The notes below the pieces were generated by a model that worked only from the letters and a program-made list of their open reading frames with translations, was not told the DNA's origin and ran no database searches. Shown piece by piece: positions 1 to 9,549 of a DNA stretch of 64,000 nucleotides. A program made the translations under genes and the position numbers. Numbering within the stretch: position 1 is the first letter of the stretch; each line of letters starts with the position of its first letter. The stretch is from Patescibacteria group bacterium (lineage in GTDB: Bacteria > Patescibacteriota > Microgenomatia > 2-02-FULL-39-11): positions 4,030-68,029 of the forward strand of contig JAMCUI010000011.1 of NCBI GenBank assembly GCA_023379265.1. The letters run 5' to 3'.

Positions 1-1202
1 ATATCTGGAGGTGAAGGGCGGTCTGGATTTAAGAATCTTTCAAATGGCAGATTATGCTTTATGGGATCAAGATCAGTAATACCCATGCTATATGCCACTA
101 GACTACCTGCAGCTGAACCACGGCCAGGCCCTACTGCAATTTTTTTTCCTTTTGCCCAGTTGACAAAATCCGCTACTATAAGAAAATAAGTTGAATAACC
201 TTTCTGGGAGATAATATTCAACTCGTAATCAAGCCTCTTTTTCAAATCATCGGTCACCTGACTGACTCTCCCTTTTAATCTTTCTTCAGCTAATTGGGCC
301 AGGTAAATATCAGGTGTCGTATCGGGGGGAACCTCAAACTGAGGTAAAATAAACTTTCCCAACTCAATCTCCACATTGCAACGCCGGGCAATTTTTATGG
401 TGTTTTCTATCGCTTCAGGATATTGTATAAAAAGTCCTTTCATCTCTTCCTGGCTGCGCATATAAAAATCCGGGGAAGAAATCATCGAAAGGGGTCTTCT
501 GGATTCCAAAATCGTATGCTGGGTTTGAACACAGAGAAGAATTTCTTGCGCTTCCGCATCATCCTTTCCGACATAGTGGATATCATTGGTTGCAACAATG
601 GGCAATCCCAGCTTTCTTGAAAGATCTACCAATTTTTTATTTGTCTCCTCCTGAATAGGGATTTTAGGATGATTCTGCAATTCCAGAAAAAATCTTCCTT
701 CCGGAAATATCTCCATAAATTCCCTTGCTTTTTTTTCAGCCTGCTCCACCTGGTTTGTAGCAAGAAGATGAGGGACCTCACCGTTGAGGCAACCGGAAAG
801 ACATATCAATCCTTCACTATGATCACGGAGAATCTGCAAATCAATCCTTGGTTTGTAATAATACCCTTCAAGGTTCGCGTGGGTGACCAGCTTCATCAAA
901 TTCTGATAACCTGTATTATTCTCAGCCAGAAGAATAAGGTGATATTGATCACTGTCCAAACCCTGCTGTTTATCAAAACGGCTTCTTGCTGCCTGGTAAG
1001 CCTCCACACCAATAATTGGTTTTATTCCTGCCTCACGCGCCTTGAGAAAAAACTTTACCGCTCCATACATGGCACCATGGTCGGTAATTGCCAGTGAATC
1101 CATTCCCAATTGCTTGGCGCGGTTTACTAAATCAGAAATCTTCCCCAATCCATCCAGTAGTGAATATTCAGAATGAGTATGAAGATGTACAAAATCAGAC
1201 AT
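1..1202 (-). CDS. dnaE: DNA polymerase III alpha subunit, 5' part (runs off window)
   Basis: Reverse strand from ATG at 1202 reads [18 protein letters not shown] (PHP domain), later TDHGAMYG and [14 protein letters not shown]. Not in the ORF track because it is truncated by the window edge. Confidence 0.95.
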   Translation of the reverse strand, partial: MSDFVHLHTHSEYSLLDGLGKISDLVNRAKQLGMDSLAITDHGAMYGAVKFFLKAREAGIKPIIGVEAYQAARSRFDKQQGLDSDQYHLILLAENNTGYQNLMKLVTHANLEGYYYKPRIDLQILRDHSEGLICLSGCLNGEVPHLLATNQVEQAEKKAREFMEIFPEGRFFLELQNHPKIPIQEETNKKLVDLSRKLGLPIVATNDIHYVGKDDAEAQEILLCVQTQHTILESRRPLSMISSPDFYMRSQEEMKGLFIQYPEAIENTIKIARRCNVEIELGKFILPQFEVPPDTTPDIYLAQLAEERLKGRVSQVTDDLKKRLDYELNIISQKGYSTYFLIVADFVNWAKGKKIAVGPGRGSAAGSLVAYSMGITDLDPIKHNLPFERFLNPDRPSPPD

Positions 1203-1207
1203 AAAAT

Positions 1208-2269
1208 CTAAATCTTGGTTCCACCAATACCGTACTCCAGATTATAACTTCTGCCACCTCTTCTCTTAACAGCATACACTAATTCATCAGTTCTATCATT
1301 ATATTGACGAAAACTCTGCAAATGGTTTCTATCAACAAAAATTCCTCCCGTGCTTACTCCAAGACTAACAAAAGTTTTATCAATTAATTCGATCACTTCA
1401 CTCTCCTGAATTCTCCTTAAATGTCGATCTCTGTCATCTAGTTGCGCCCAAGTTCTCTCATCATTTAAGTAGATATCATAGTGTGTCACATCAATCTCTC
1501 TTAACATTTGTAAAAAATCTTTTATGCGCTTTCTATTACCCCTGCCACTATGCATAAAATGATCTGCTCTTCCATCTTCGTTATTACGTAGATTTTTGAA
1601 CCCTGTCAAAAATTGTTTCAATATCATGGTTCCCTCTTTTTCTTCCTGGCCTTTTTCATTCGTAACCGATCTATCTGAAGCCTGTATTAATTGTAGAGTT
1701 GAAAAGAGCGCGTGTTGATTTAAGGATTTATGCAATCTTAAGGCTACAGACTTAAACGCTTCGCCATCAATGGGGTCTCTTAATAAAACTGCAAACTCGT
1801 CACCTCCAATTCTGATACCTACATCTTTATTCCCTTTAATGCTATCCCGAATAATTCTTCCCACCTGAGCAAGATATAAATCTCCGATCATATGTGCCTC
1901 TAAATTATCATTCAGCCAGCTAAAATTATCCAAATCAAATCTTAAAATTCCTAAGGTTTTTAATTCTCCTGCTTTTAATTTTGCCAGGTCATCATTGATA
2001 AATATTTCAAAAGATTTTTTTTGATGGAGTTTAGTCAAATAATCAAACGTATTTTTTTCTTCTTCTCGAACTGTCTTTGCCGCTTGGAGTATAAGGGCTT
2101 CATCGACACCATATTTTCTGAAAAATGGTTTAGATTTATCTGACTTTTGGTTTTCTTTTAATTGTTGAATCGTGTTGAAAACTTCATGAGCAACCAGCGG
2201 ATTTTTAATTTTTCCCTTGTTTGGGCCGGATCTTAAGTATGGGTTCGGATAACCTTCAAATTCAGGCAT
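1208..2269 (-). CDS. GGDEF (diguanylate cyclase-like) domain protein with a large internal insertion
   Basis: [11 protein letters not shown]...GDLYL...[11 protein letters not shown], with the remaining strands (VSLGVSTG...[10 protein letters not shown]) about 115 aa later. Confidence 0.8.
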   Translation of the reverse strand: MPEFEGYPNPYLRSGPNKGKIKNPLVAHEVFNTIQQLKENQKSDKSKPFFRKYGVDEALILQAAKTVREEEKNTFDYLTKLHQKKSFEIFINDDLAKLKAGELKTLGILRFDLDNFSWLNDNLEAHMIGDLYLAQVGRIIRDSIKGNKDVGIRIGGDEFAVLLRDPIDGEAFKSVALRLHKSLNQHALFSTLQLIQASDRSVTNEKGQEEKEGTMILKQFLTGFKNLRNNEDGRADHFMHSGRGNRKRIKDFLQMLREIDVTHYDIYLNDERTWAQLDDRDRHLRRIQESEVIELIDKTFVSLGVSTGGIFVDRNHLQSFRQYNDRTDELVYAVKRRGGRSYNLEYGIGGTKI

Positions 2270-2298
2270 AGCTTGAGGTATTTCAGAAACTGATTAAC

Positions 2299-3651
2299 TT
2301 ATATCAAGTCCCGAAGTAATAAACCAGCTTTCTCAATATTTACTTTTCCTTTTGTTTCCTTCATTACTTGTCCCACCAGAAACATCAGCGCATTTTTCCT
2401 GCCTGCCTTATAATCGGCAACTGCCTTCGGGTTTGCGCCAAGAACTTTCTTAACGATCTGCCCCAACTCATCATCTGACATGGTCGCTTTTTGCGACTTT
2501 TGGGATATTTGCTTAATCAATTCTTCTGAAGAAACTTTGGAAATATCCGCTTTCCTGTTTATGATCCAATTCGCAATTGTTTTTGCTGTTATCTGTCCTT
2601 TGTTCTTTGTAACCTGTTTCATTACATTCTCAAAATATTCCGCCGTCTCTTTCTCATCAGTCAGGACAACAGCATCATATTCTGAAAGTGAATAATCTCC
2701 CATAAATCTGGCAATTTTTTGATCGGGAAGCTCACAGATTTGAGATTTGAGATTTGAGATTTGAGATTTTGTCCATCTTACAGGAGGGATATCCGGTTCA
2801 GGGAAATACCTGTAATCCTGCGCCTCTTCCTTACTTCTTTGACTGTAAGTTACTCCTTTCTTTTCCTCCCATCCGCGAGTTTCCTGTTTGGGCACGATTC
2901 CATCCGAAAGTAACTCTATGTGTCTATTTATCTCAAAATCTATTGCCTTCTTGGCAAAATTAAAGGAATTAATATTCTTCACCTCTACCTTATATGGAGG
3001 TAAATTTCCGTCAGTTTTGAGTTTCACTGATATATTCGGTTCCAATCTCATACTTCCTTTTTCCATGTCCGCATCCGATATCCCCAGATACCTGACGACA
3101 TGATGCAGCTTTTTCAAGAAAATTCTGGCTTCTTCACTTGTCCTGATGTCAGGTTCCGTAACAATCTCCACCAGTGGCACCCCACTCCGGTTGAAATCAA
3201 TGAGTGAAACTTTCTTCCCCTCCACTGTGGCATGAAGAAGTTTTCCGGTATCCTCTTCCATATGTACCCGTCTGATTCTAATTATTTTCTCTCTTTGTTC
3301 TTTATTATTGGTTCCCTGTTCTTTAATTTTTAGTTTTCCATTGACGCAAAACGGTTGGTCATACTGGCTTATCTGATAGCCTTTCGGCAGATCAGGATAA
3401 AAATAATTCTTCCTGTCAAACTTGCTGAATTCCGGTATAGTACATCCTAAAGCCATCCCCAACATGACACACCATTCGACTGCCTTCCTGTTTGGTACCG
3501 GAAGTGCCCCGGGAAGACCCAAACACACCGGGCAGCAATGCGTATTTGGGTCATGGCCGAAATAGTCGGCAGAACACCCGCAGAACATTTTAGATCCGGT
3601 TTTTAATTCTACATGGATCTCAAGACCGATAACTGGCTCAAAATCAGGCAT
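2299..3651 (-). CDS. gatB: Asp/Glu-tRNA amidotransferase subunit B
   Basis: VIGLEIHVEL, FDRKNYFYPDLPKGYQISQ, RSKEEAQDYRYFPEPD. Confidence 0.97.
   Translation of the reverse strand: MPDFEPVIGLEIHVELKTGSKMFCGCSADYFGHDPNTHCCPVCLGLPGALPVPNRKAVEWCVMLGMALGCTIPEFSKFDRKNYFYPDLPKGYQISQYDQPFCVNGKLKIKEQGTNNKEQREKIIRIRRVHMEEDTGKLLHATVEGKKVSLIDFNRSGVPLVEIVTEPDIRTSEEARIFLKKLHHVVRYLGISDADMEKGSMRLEPNISVKLKTDGNLPPYKVEVKNINSFNFAKKAIDFEINRHIELLSDGIVPKQETRGWEEKKGVTYSQRSKEEAQDYRYFPEPDIPPVRWTKSQISNLKSQICELPDQKIARFMGDYSLSEYDAVVLTDEKETAEYFENVMKQVTKNKGQITAKTIANWIINRKADISKVSSEELIKQISQKSQKATMSDDELGQIVKKVLGANPKAVADYKAGRKNALMFLVGQVMKETKGKVNIEKAGLLLRDLI
2736..2769. repeat. 7-bp tandem repeat (AGATTTG x about 4.9) inside gatB
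   Basis: Perfect heptamer run encoding KSQISNLKSQI. Confidence 0.9.
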
Positions 3652-3655
3652 ACTT

Positions 3656-4645
3656 TCAATTTGATATAGTTACTTCTCCTGCTATATTTGTATTGAATAA
3701 CTTTCTAATTTTATTTACCGCTTTGTAATTGGCCAAACCCCACATTAATTTTGTTGATGCAGCCTCAAGAGTCATATCCCTTCCCGGAATCGCCCCCACG
3801 TTAAGAGCGTTTTGACCAACCTCGTACAACTGCATTTGCGTCGATCCTTTGTAACACTGGCTTATGATTACCACAGGGAGATCTTTCTGATTTGCTCTTC
3901 CTATTAAAGAAATAAAATTATCAGGTATATTACCGGATCCAAATGATTTTAGGATAACTCCTTTACATTGGCTCTCTATTATTTCATCTAAATACTTTGG
4001 ACGAAATCCGGGGAAAAGATCAAATATGACTATGTCAGGTTCAAACTTTGGCTTCAATTTCAATTTTTGCGATCTGGTTTTCTTTTCCTTTATAAACAGT
4101 TTCGGCTCAAGAGCAATTTCTCCCAATGGTAACCTCATGACGCTATCAAATGCATCCAGACTTGATTCGCTTATTTTTGTCGCCCTATTTCCTTTCAGTA
4201 TTTTTGTTCCGAATACGATATAAATATCCGGAATGCCATAATTGATTACTAAGACAGCGTTGATTAAGTTGTTTATCCCATCCGTCCCTATATCATCCAT
4301 CGGTTTTTGCCCGCCTGTAAGAACAACAGGTTTCCCCAGATTTAACAATGCAAAGGATAATGCGGAAGCGGTATAAGCCATCGTATCGGTACCATGAATG
4401 ATGATAAATCCCTCGTACTTGGAAATATTATCAGCAATTTTAATTGCAATTTCTGTCCATATTTCAGGTTGGAAATTAGAACTGTCTATATTTACTATAT
4501 TTTCTATATCAATTGCGGCAATTTCCGACAGATGAGGAACCCTTTTTATGAGATCTTTACTCTCGTAATAGGGAGACAGATTACCACGGTTATCTCTTTT
4601 CATCGCCAACGTACCGCCGCAAAAAAGTATCAAGATTTTCTTCAC
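3656..4645 (-). CDS. ansA: Type I (cytoplasmic) L-asparaginase/glutaminase
   Basis: GGTLAM, HGTDTMAY, PVVLTGGQ, FGSGN, DMTLEAA motifs. Confidence 0.9.
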   Translation of the reverse strand: MKKILILFCGGTLAMKRDNRGNLSPYYESKDLIKRVPHLSEIAAIDIENIVNIDSSNFQPEIWTEIAIKIADNISKYEGFIIIHGTDTMAYTASALSFALLNLGKPVVLTGGQKPMDDIGTDGINNLINAVLVINYGIPDIYIVFGTKILKGNRATKISESSLDAFDSVMRLPLGEIALEPKLFIKEKKTRSQKLKLKPKFEPDIVIFDLFPGFRPKYLDEIIESQCKGVILKSFGSGNIPDNFISLIGRANQKDLPVVIISQCYKGSTQMQLYEVGQNALNVGAIPGRDMTLEAASTKLMWGLANYKAVNKIRKLFNTNIAGEVTISN

Positions 4646-6042
4646 AGATTAGATTTTTTATGCCAATCCGTAACTTTTTGGTAAAAATAACCTAGTTTTA
4701 ACAAAAGCGGTTCGGAAAACATATTACCCAGTAGCTGCATCCCGACAGGCAAATTGCTTTTTGTAAAACCAACCGGGACAGCCAGAGAAGGGATGCCAAC
4801 GGGCGTCTGACAGGTAAATATATCCGCCAGCATGTTTTTTACCGGATCTCCTATCAATTCTCCGAGTTTTGTAGCGGGCATCGGTTCAATCGGCATTAAT
4901 ATCGCGTCACATTGTGTAAAAGCTTTGGCATATTCCTTTATGAAAAGTGTCCTTCCCTGCTGGGCCTTTTTATAATAAGCGTCATAATAACCGGCCGACA
5001 GGGCATAAGTTCCCAGCATAATCCTTCTCATGGTCTCACTTGTAAATTTATTTCTTCCATTACCATATCTTATACCGTCATATCGAGCTAGATTGGAACT
5101 GGTTTCGGACGTACCAATAAGATAGTATACTGGTACACCGTATTCCAACATGGGCATGGAGATTTCCTTTATTTCTACTCCCAACTTTGCGTACTGCTCT
5201 GCCGCTTTATATATGAGCGATTTAATCTCATTATCGACACCTTCTCCATAACATTCCTTAGGCATGCCAATAGTCATACCTTTTATATCCCCGTTTAATC
5301 TGCTCCCGTAGTCAGGAACTTCTTCAGGAGAACTGGTAGCATCCAACGGATCTTTTCCGGCTGTAACCTGCAGTATTATCGCGCAATCCTCCGCTGTCCT
5401 GGCCATCGGTCCCACAGTATCAAAGGAAGATACATAAGCGATGCATCCGTACCTTGAGACACGCCCGTACGTCACTTTAAGACCGGTAATATTACACCAT
5501 CCCGAAGGGTTGCGGATTGATCCACCAGTATCTTCACCAATACCAAATACCGCCATTCTTGCGGCAATTGCCGCTGCATTTCCGCCACTTGAACCACCGG
5601 CCACCCGTGAGTTATCCCACGGGTTTCTGACGGGACCAAAATCCGTATTTTCCGAAGAAGCACCGTGTCCCCATGCGTCCATATTTGTTTTGCCAATAAG
5701 AATTGCTCCCGCGTCTAAAAGCTTCTGGTAAACGGTAGCGTTGTATGGCGGGATATATGTCTCTAATACTTTTGAGGAAGCAGTGGTACGTATGCCTTTA
5801 GTGTTATATGAATCCTTTATTACAAAAGGTAGTCCGTAAAGTAAAGAATTGACTGGAGTTTTTTTATCTTTTTCTCTTGCCTCTTTTATGACCTCATCCT
5901 TATCCCTTAAAGTTACAAAAACATTAAGCACAGGATTTAGTTTCTCAATATTCTCATAACATTCGCGCACAAGATCTTCGCTGGAAAACTTTTTTTCCTT
6001 CAAACCCGATGCCAGCTCTTTAATACTTTTTTCTAAAAGCAT
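4642..6042 (-). CDS. gatA: Asp/Glu-tRNA amidotransferase subunit A
   Basis: Amidase signature (GGSSGG, DTGGSIRNP) and RRIMLGTYALSAGYYDAYY. Start moved to ATG 6042 (MLLEKS), just after the gatC stop. Confidence 0.95.
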   Translation of the reverse strand: MLLEKSIKELASGLKEKKFSSEDLVRECYENIEKLNPVLNVFVTLRDKDEVIKEAREKDKKTPVNSLLYGLPFVIKDSYNTKGIRTTASSKVLETYIPPYNATVYQKLLDAGAILIGKTNMDAWGHGASSENTDFGPVRNPWDNSRVAGGSSGGNAAAIAARMAVFGIGEDTGGSIRNPSGWCNITGLKVTYGRVSRYGCIAYVSSFDTVGPMARTAEDCAIILQVTAGKDPLDATSSPEEVPDYGSRLNGDIKGMTIGMPKECYGEGVDNEIKSLIYKAAEQYAKLGVEIKEISMPMLEYGVPVYYLIGTSETSSNLARYDGIRYGNGRNKFTSETMRRIMLGTYALSAGYYDAYYKKAQQGRTLFIKEYAKAFTQCDAILMPIEPMPATKLGELIGDPVKNMLADIFTCQTPVGIPSLAVPVGFTKSNLPVGMQLLGNMFSEPLLLKLGYFYQKVTDWHKKSNL

Positions 6043-6043
6043 A

Positions 6044-6349
6044 CTAATCCTCAAAAATTGCGTCCACCACAAAATAACCTTTATGTTTTCGGGGAGCATT
6101 TCTTAGCACTTCATCCTGCGGCAATGAGACGCCGGCTTCGTCTTCACGCATGACGTTCTCCATGCCGGTCACCTGGCTTGTCGGCTCAACATTTGTAGTT
6201 TCCACTTTGGAAACCTGTTCCACCAGGTGGAGAATGGATGACAGTTGATCCTGAAAACTCTTTAACTCTCCCGCAGACAGATCCAGTTTTGCCAATGTCG
6301 CGACATGTTTAACTATGTCTGTGGTTAAAATATTTTTTCCTTTTGGCAT
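6044..6349 (-). CDS. gatC: Asp/Glu-tRNA amidotransferase subunit C
   Basis: VKHVATLAKL...NVMRED...NAP...YFVV; adjacent to gatA. Confidence 0.93.
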   Translation of the reverse strand: MPKGKNILTTDIVKHVATLAKLDLSAGELKSFQDQLSSILHLVEQVSKVETTNVEPTSQVTGMENVMREDEAGVSLPQDEVLRNAPRKHKGYFVVDAIFED

Positions 6350-6450
6350 ATGCTAATTTTATCTTTTTAGATTACCTATTGCCAGTAGATCATTAAGGCC
6401 AGACTCTTTTTCCCGTCTGACCTTAATATTTGACCTGCCTGAAATTTATG

Positions 6451-7797
6451 TTACAAATTCACCAGATATCTGTCTATTTCCCAATCAGTGACAAAAGTCC
6501 TGAAGGCATCCCATTCCTCTTTCTTTGCCTCCAGATATCTTCTCCAGGTATATTCACCAAATGTCTCTTTTACCAGCCTGCCTTTTCTTATTTCCTCCAT
6601 TGCTTCATCAAGTGACGCCGGCAGCTTGGTAATATAATACTTAGCCAGTTTTTCATCATCAAATTCAAAGAGGTTTTCCTCAACCGGCCCCGGAGCTTTC
6701 ATACCTTTCTTTATACCCTCCAAACCAGCCTTGAGTAAAACAGCCAATGTCAAATAAGGATTGCTTGAAGGATCAGGACACCTTATTTCAAGGCGTGTCG
6801 CCTTATCCTCAAGCCCCTTGGAAACTCTGGGTACCCTTATCAACGCCGATCTGTTGATCCGTGCCCAACAGGCATAGACTGGAGCTTCAAATCCTGGTGT
6901 TAACCTCTTATACGAATTCACCGTCGGGGCAAAAACACCGGTTATCTCTCTTACGTGAGCCAGCTGCCCGGCCAGATATTGATATGCCACACGGGAAAGC
7001 CCGTATTTATCTGTCCTGTCATAAAAGACATTTTTACCGTTTTTCCACAAACTCTGGTGTGTATGCATCCCGCTGCCGTTTATGCCGTAGAAAGGCTTGG
7101 GCATAAATGTGACATGGAAATTATGCCTGAAGGCAATAAATTTTGCCGCCATTTTGAGTGTAACTGTATTATCAGCAGTTCTCAGAGCCCGGTCATAGCG
7201 GATGTCTATCTCATGCTGGTTATCGGCAACCTCATGCGTACTGGTTTCAGTAGCAATCCCCATACTGTCTAAAGCCTCCATAATTTCCCTTTTTATGGTG
7301 TAAGTCTCGTCCATGATGAGGTTAAAATAAAATCCGTTTCCCTGCGATACACGCATAATCTTTCCCTCATCATCTTTTGGGAAAAGGAAAAATTCACATT
7401 CCGGTCCGGCAAAATACTCATACCCCATCGATTTGGCCTCAACCAACACTCTTTTGAGTATATTCCGGGGATCCCCTTCAAAAGGCTCGTGATTAGGCTT
7501 GAATACGTCGCATATAAGTCTTGCTACGCGGCCTGATTCTACATTGTTTCTCCATGGTAAAAGGGAATAAGTTGCAGGATCGGGCATCAGAAACATATCT
7601 GACTCATGTATTCTGGCAAAGCCTTCAATTGATGACCCGTCTATCCAGACTCCTTTTTCCAAAGCTCCCTCAAGGTTATAGGCAGGAATAGTTGAACTTT
7701 TGATATTTCCCAGGAAATCTGAAAATTGCAGATCAATAAATGAAACTTTATCCCTTTTTGCTTTCGCAAGAATTTCCTTCGTAACATCTTTTGGCAT
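6451..7797 (-). CDS. glnA: Glutamine synthetase type I
   Basis: DGSSIEGF, HEVADNQHEI, FMPKPFYGINGSGMH, NRSALIRVP, RLEIRCPD. Start ATG 7797 follows an AAAGGGA RBS. Confidence 0.96.
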   Translation of the reverse strand: MPKDVTKEILAKAKRDKVSFIDLQFSDFLGNIKSSTIPAYNLEGALEKGVWIDGSSIEGFARIHESDMFLMPDPATYSLLPWRNNVESGRVARLICDVFKPNHEPFEGDPRNILKRVLVEAKSMGYEYFAGPECEFFLFPKDDEGKIMRVSQGNGFYFNLIMDETYTIKREIMEALDSMGIATETSTHEVADNQHEIDIRYDRALRTADNTVTLKMAAKFIAFRHNFHVTFMPKPFYGINGSGMHTHQSLWKNGKNVFYDRTDKYGLSRVAYQYLAGQLAHVREITGVFAPTVNSYKRLTPGFEAPVYACWARINRSALIRVPRVSKGLEDKATRLEIRCPDPSSNPYLTLAVLLKAGLEGIKKGMKAPGPVEENLFEFDDEKLAKYYITKLPASLDEAMEEIRKGRLVKETFGEYTWRRYLEAKKEEWDAFRTFVTDWEIDRYLVNL

Positions 7798-7867
7798 ATA
7801 AATCCCTTTCAAATTGAACATTTATAAAATAGGTCAAAAAAACTTACATTGTTTTCTATTTCCCTAT

Positions 7868-7938
7868 AAAAAATCTCCCGTTCCTTTAGTTCACTCTCGG
7901 ATTGGGAGACTTCAGCGTCTCATCCACATCATTGTGGA
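7868..7938 (-). promoter_or_regulatory. ANTAR-target dual-hairpin RNA overlapping an intrinsic terminator in the glnA leader
   Basis: Minus strand: UCCAC-AAUGAU-GUGGA (7938-7923) and GAGAC-GCUGAA-GUCUC (7921-7906), both with 6-nt loops and G at loop position 4. The second hairpin overlaps terminator UCUCCC...GGGAGA-UUUUUU (7909-7868). Confidence 0.85.
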
Positions 7939-7950
7939 AATATGATATGT

Positions 7951-7980
7951 ATACTAATTTACAAAATACCGCTTTGTCAA
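7951..7980 (-). promoter_or_regulatory. Sigma70-type promoter for the glnA leader
   Basis: TTGACA (7980-7975), 18 bp, TAGTAT (7956-7951). Confidence 0.65.
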
Positions 7981-8693
7981 GACTCAAATTTCATTCTGTC
8001 AGCCAAAATTACAGCTTCGGCAATTTCTTTAAGAGACTTCCTGCTATTCATGCTTTCCTTCTGAATTAACTTATACGCCGCCTCTTCGCTCAAATTCCTC
8101 CTTTTCATCAGTATCCCTTTTGCTTTTTCTATTAACTTTCGCAGCTCCAGCGCTTCCCTCAACGACAATGTTTCCTCTATGAGTAGCGCATTCTCCAGCG
8201 CTCCTCCCACCAGTTTGCCGATTGCCGCAAGAAGGTTTATTTCCATCTTGGTATATTTATGCTTTTTCCTGTACTGTATATTTATCACTCCAGCTACACC
8301 GTGCCGATTCAGAATTGGTACCGACAAAAACCCTTCAAACCTGTCCTCAGGCAGGGAATTAATGGTCTTAAAGCGGATATCTTTATAAGCCCCATCCTTA
8401 AGCATTACAGTCTCTTTCTCTTTGGCCACCCAACCCGTAATGCCTTCTCCCAACTTTAAGGATACTCTTTGTAATAGCGCCGGGTGGGGATTTTTGGAAG
8501 CGCGCAGGGTTAAAATTTGCTTTTGAGAATCATAAGTGTATATGAGACATGAATCTCCTGCTGTCACTTCAAGAGCAATTTTCAATATTTCGCGGAACAG
8601 TTCTTCTATTTCAAGACTGTGCACGCTTTGGGCGATGCGGTATAAAAAGTCCAATTCACGTTTTAGTTCTGAATACTTCGTTTTAATCATCAT
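7977..8693 (-). CDS. GAF-ANTAR RNA-binding antitermination regulator
   Basis: GAF domain (GEGITGWVA...FLSVPI...GVINI) plus ANTAR (RKLIEKAKGILM...SEEAAYKLIQKESMNSRKSLKEIAEAV). Confidence 0.92.
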   Translation of the reverse strand: MMIKTKYSELKRELDFLYRIAQSVHSLEIEELFREILKIALEVTAGDSCLIYTYDSQKQILTLRASKNPHPALLQRVSLKLGEGITGWVAKEKETVMLKDGAYKDIRFKTINSLPEDRFEGFLSVPILNRHGVAGVINIQYRKKHKYTKMEINLLAAIGKLVGGALENALLIEETLSLREALELRKLIEKAKGILMKRRNLSEEAAYKLIQKESMNSRKSLKEIAEAVILADRMKFES

Positions 8694-8698
8694 TCGTT

Positions 8699-8743
8699 AA
8701 GTTCATAAAGTTCATAAAGTTCATAAAGTTTTTAAAGTTTGCA
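8699..8743. repeat. 9-bp tandem repeat (AAGTTCATA x3 plus 2 degenerate copies), intergenic
   Basis: aagttcata aagttcata aagttcata aagttttta aagtttgca. Confidence 0.8.
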
Positions 8744-8763
8744 TAGTAATGGATACCTTAACT

Positions 8764-9549
8764 TTAGAAACTTTCTACTTTATAAACTTTTAACTTTTTT
8801 AATATGAAATCGTGCGCTTTCCACTCAAGCGTATCGTCTAGAGGCTCCAATTTTATCTCTTTTTTATACCTGATTTCAAGCGATTTGGATATAAGCCAGT
8901 CTGCAATATGGGGATTTTTGGGTAAAAAAGGACCATGGAAATAACAGGCAATCACATTTTTATATACCGCTCCTTCCGTTTTGTCTTCCCCATTATTTCC
9001 GTATCCCTTTATCACTTTGGCAAAAGGTTTGACATCCTTCCCTAAATATGTTCTGCCCCCGTGGTTTTCAAATCCCACTATGGTGTCTCTCAAATTTCCA
9101 ACTCGGAATTGCCAATCTCCGGTTAACCTGCCCACTGTATTCCCTATGCATCTTGGCTTATCATTACCGAAGTGTCTGGTGACGAAATCAAATATCCCCA
9201 ATCCTTCAAGTTCCTTGCCGTCTCCAGTCATATAATAATGTCCCAAAAGCTGGGGAGAACCGCATACAAACAGTCCGGGAACGCCCCTTTCAAACATTTC
9301 TTTGTAAATACTTACTTTTTGGTGCAAATCCGTAATAACTATAGACTGTTGCCTATCTTGCGCCCCGCCTCCCATGATAAGATCACATTTTGCAATCTCC
9401 GCTTCTCTTGTATCCCTATCTATATTAAATACATTTATATTTATCCTCCGCCACTGACAACGCCTCTTCAGGCAAATGATATTTCCCCGATCCCCATAAG
9501 TAGACATAAGGTCCGGATACAACCAACCTATTTTCAGTTGAAAGTTCAT
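8764..9549 (-). CDS. gatD: Lipid II isoglutaminyl synthase glutaminase subunit (CobQ-like GATase)
   Basis: LYPDLMSTYGDRGN, GGGAQD, VCGSPQLLG, GFENHGGRT, YFHGPFLPKNP; overlaps murT. Confidence 0.9.
   Translation of the reverse strand: MNFQLKIGWLYPDLMSTYGDRGNIICLKRRCQWRRININVFNIDRDTREAEIAKCDLIMGGGAQDRQQSIVITDLHQKVSIYKEMFERGVPGLFVCGSPQLLGHYYMTGDGKELEGLGIFDFVTRHFGNDKPRCIGNTVGRLTGDWQFRVGNLRDTIVGFENHGGRTYLGKDVKPFAKVIKGYGNNGEDKTEGAVYKNVIACYFHGPFLPKNPHIADWLISKSLEIRYKKEIKLEPLDDTLEWKAHDFILKKLKVYKVESF

Noticed and set aside
423-1097. Plus-strand ORFs in the track here, and the many similar short ORFs opposite gat, clpB, hsd, ileS and fts genes
   Set aside because: They are antisense or out-of-frame shadows of well-supported genes and have no motifs.
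3656-4645. Archaeal-type GatD of GatDE
   Set aside because: It lacks the GatD N-terminal domain and its neighbour is an ordinary GatB, so it is called as a type I asparaginase.
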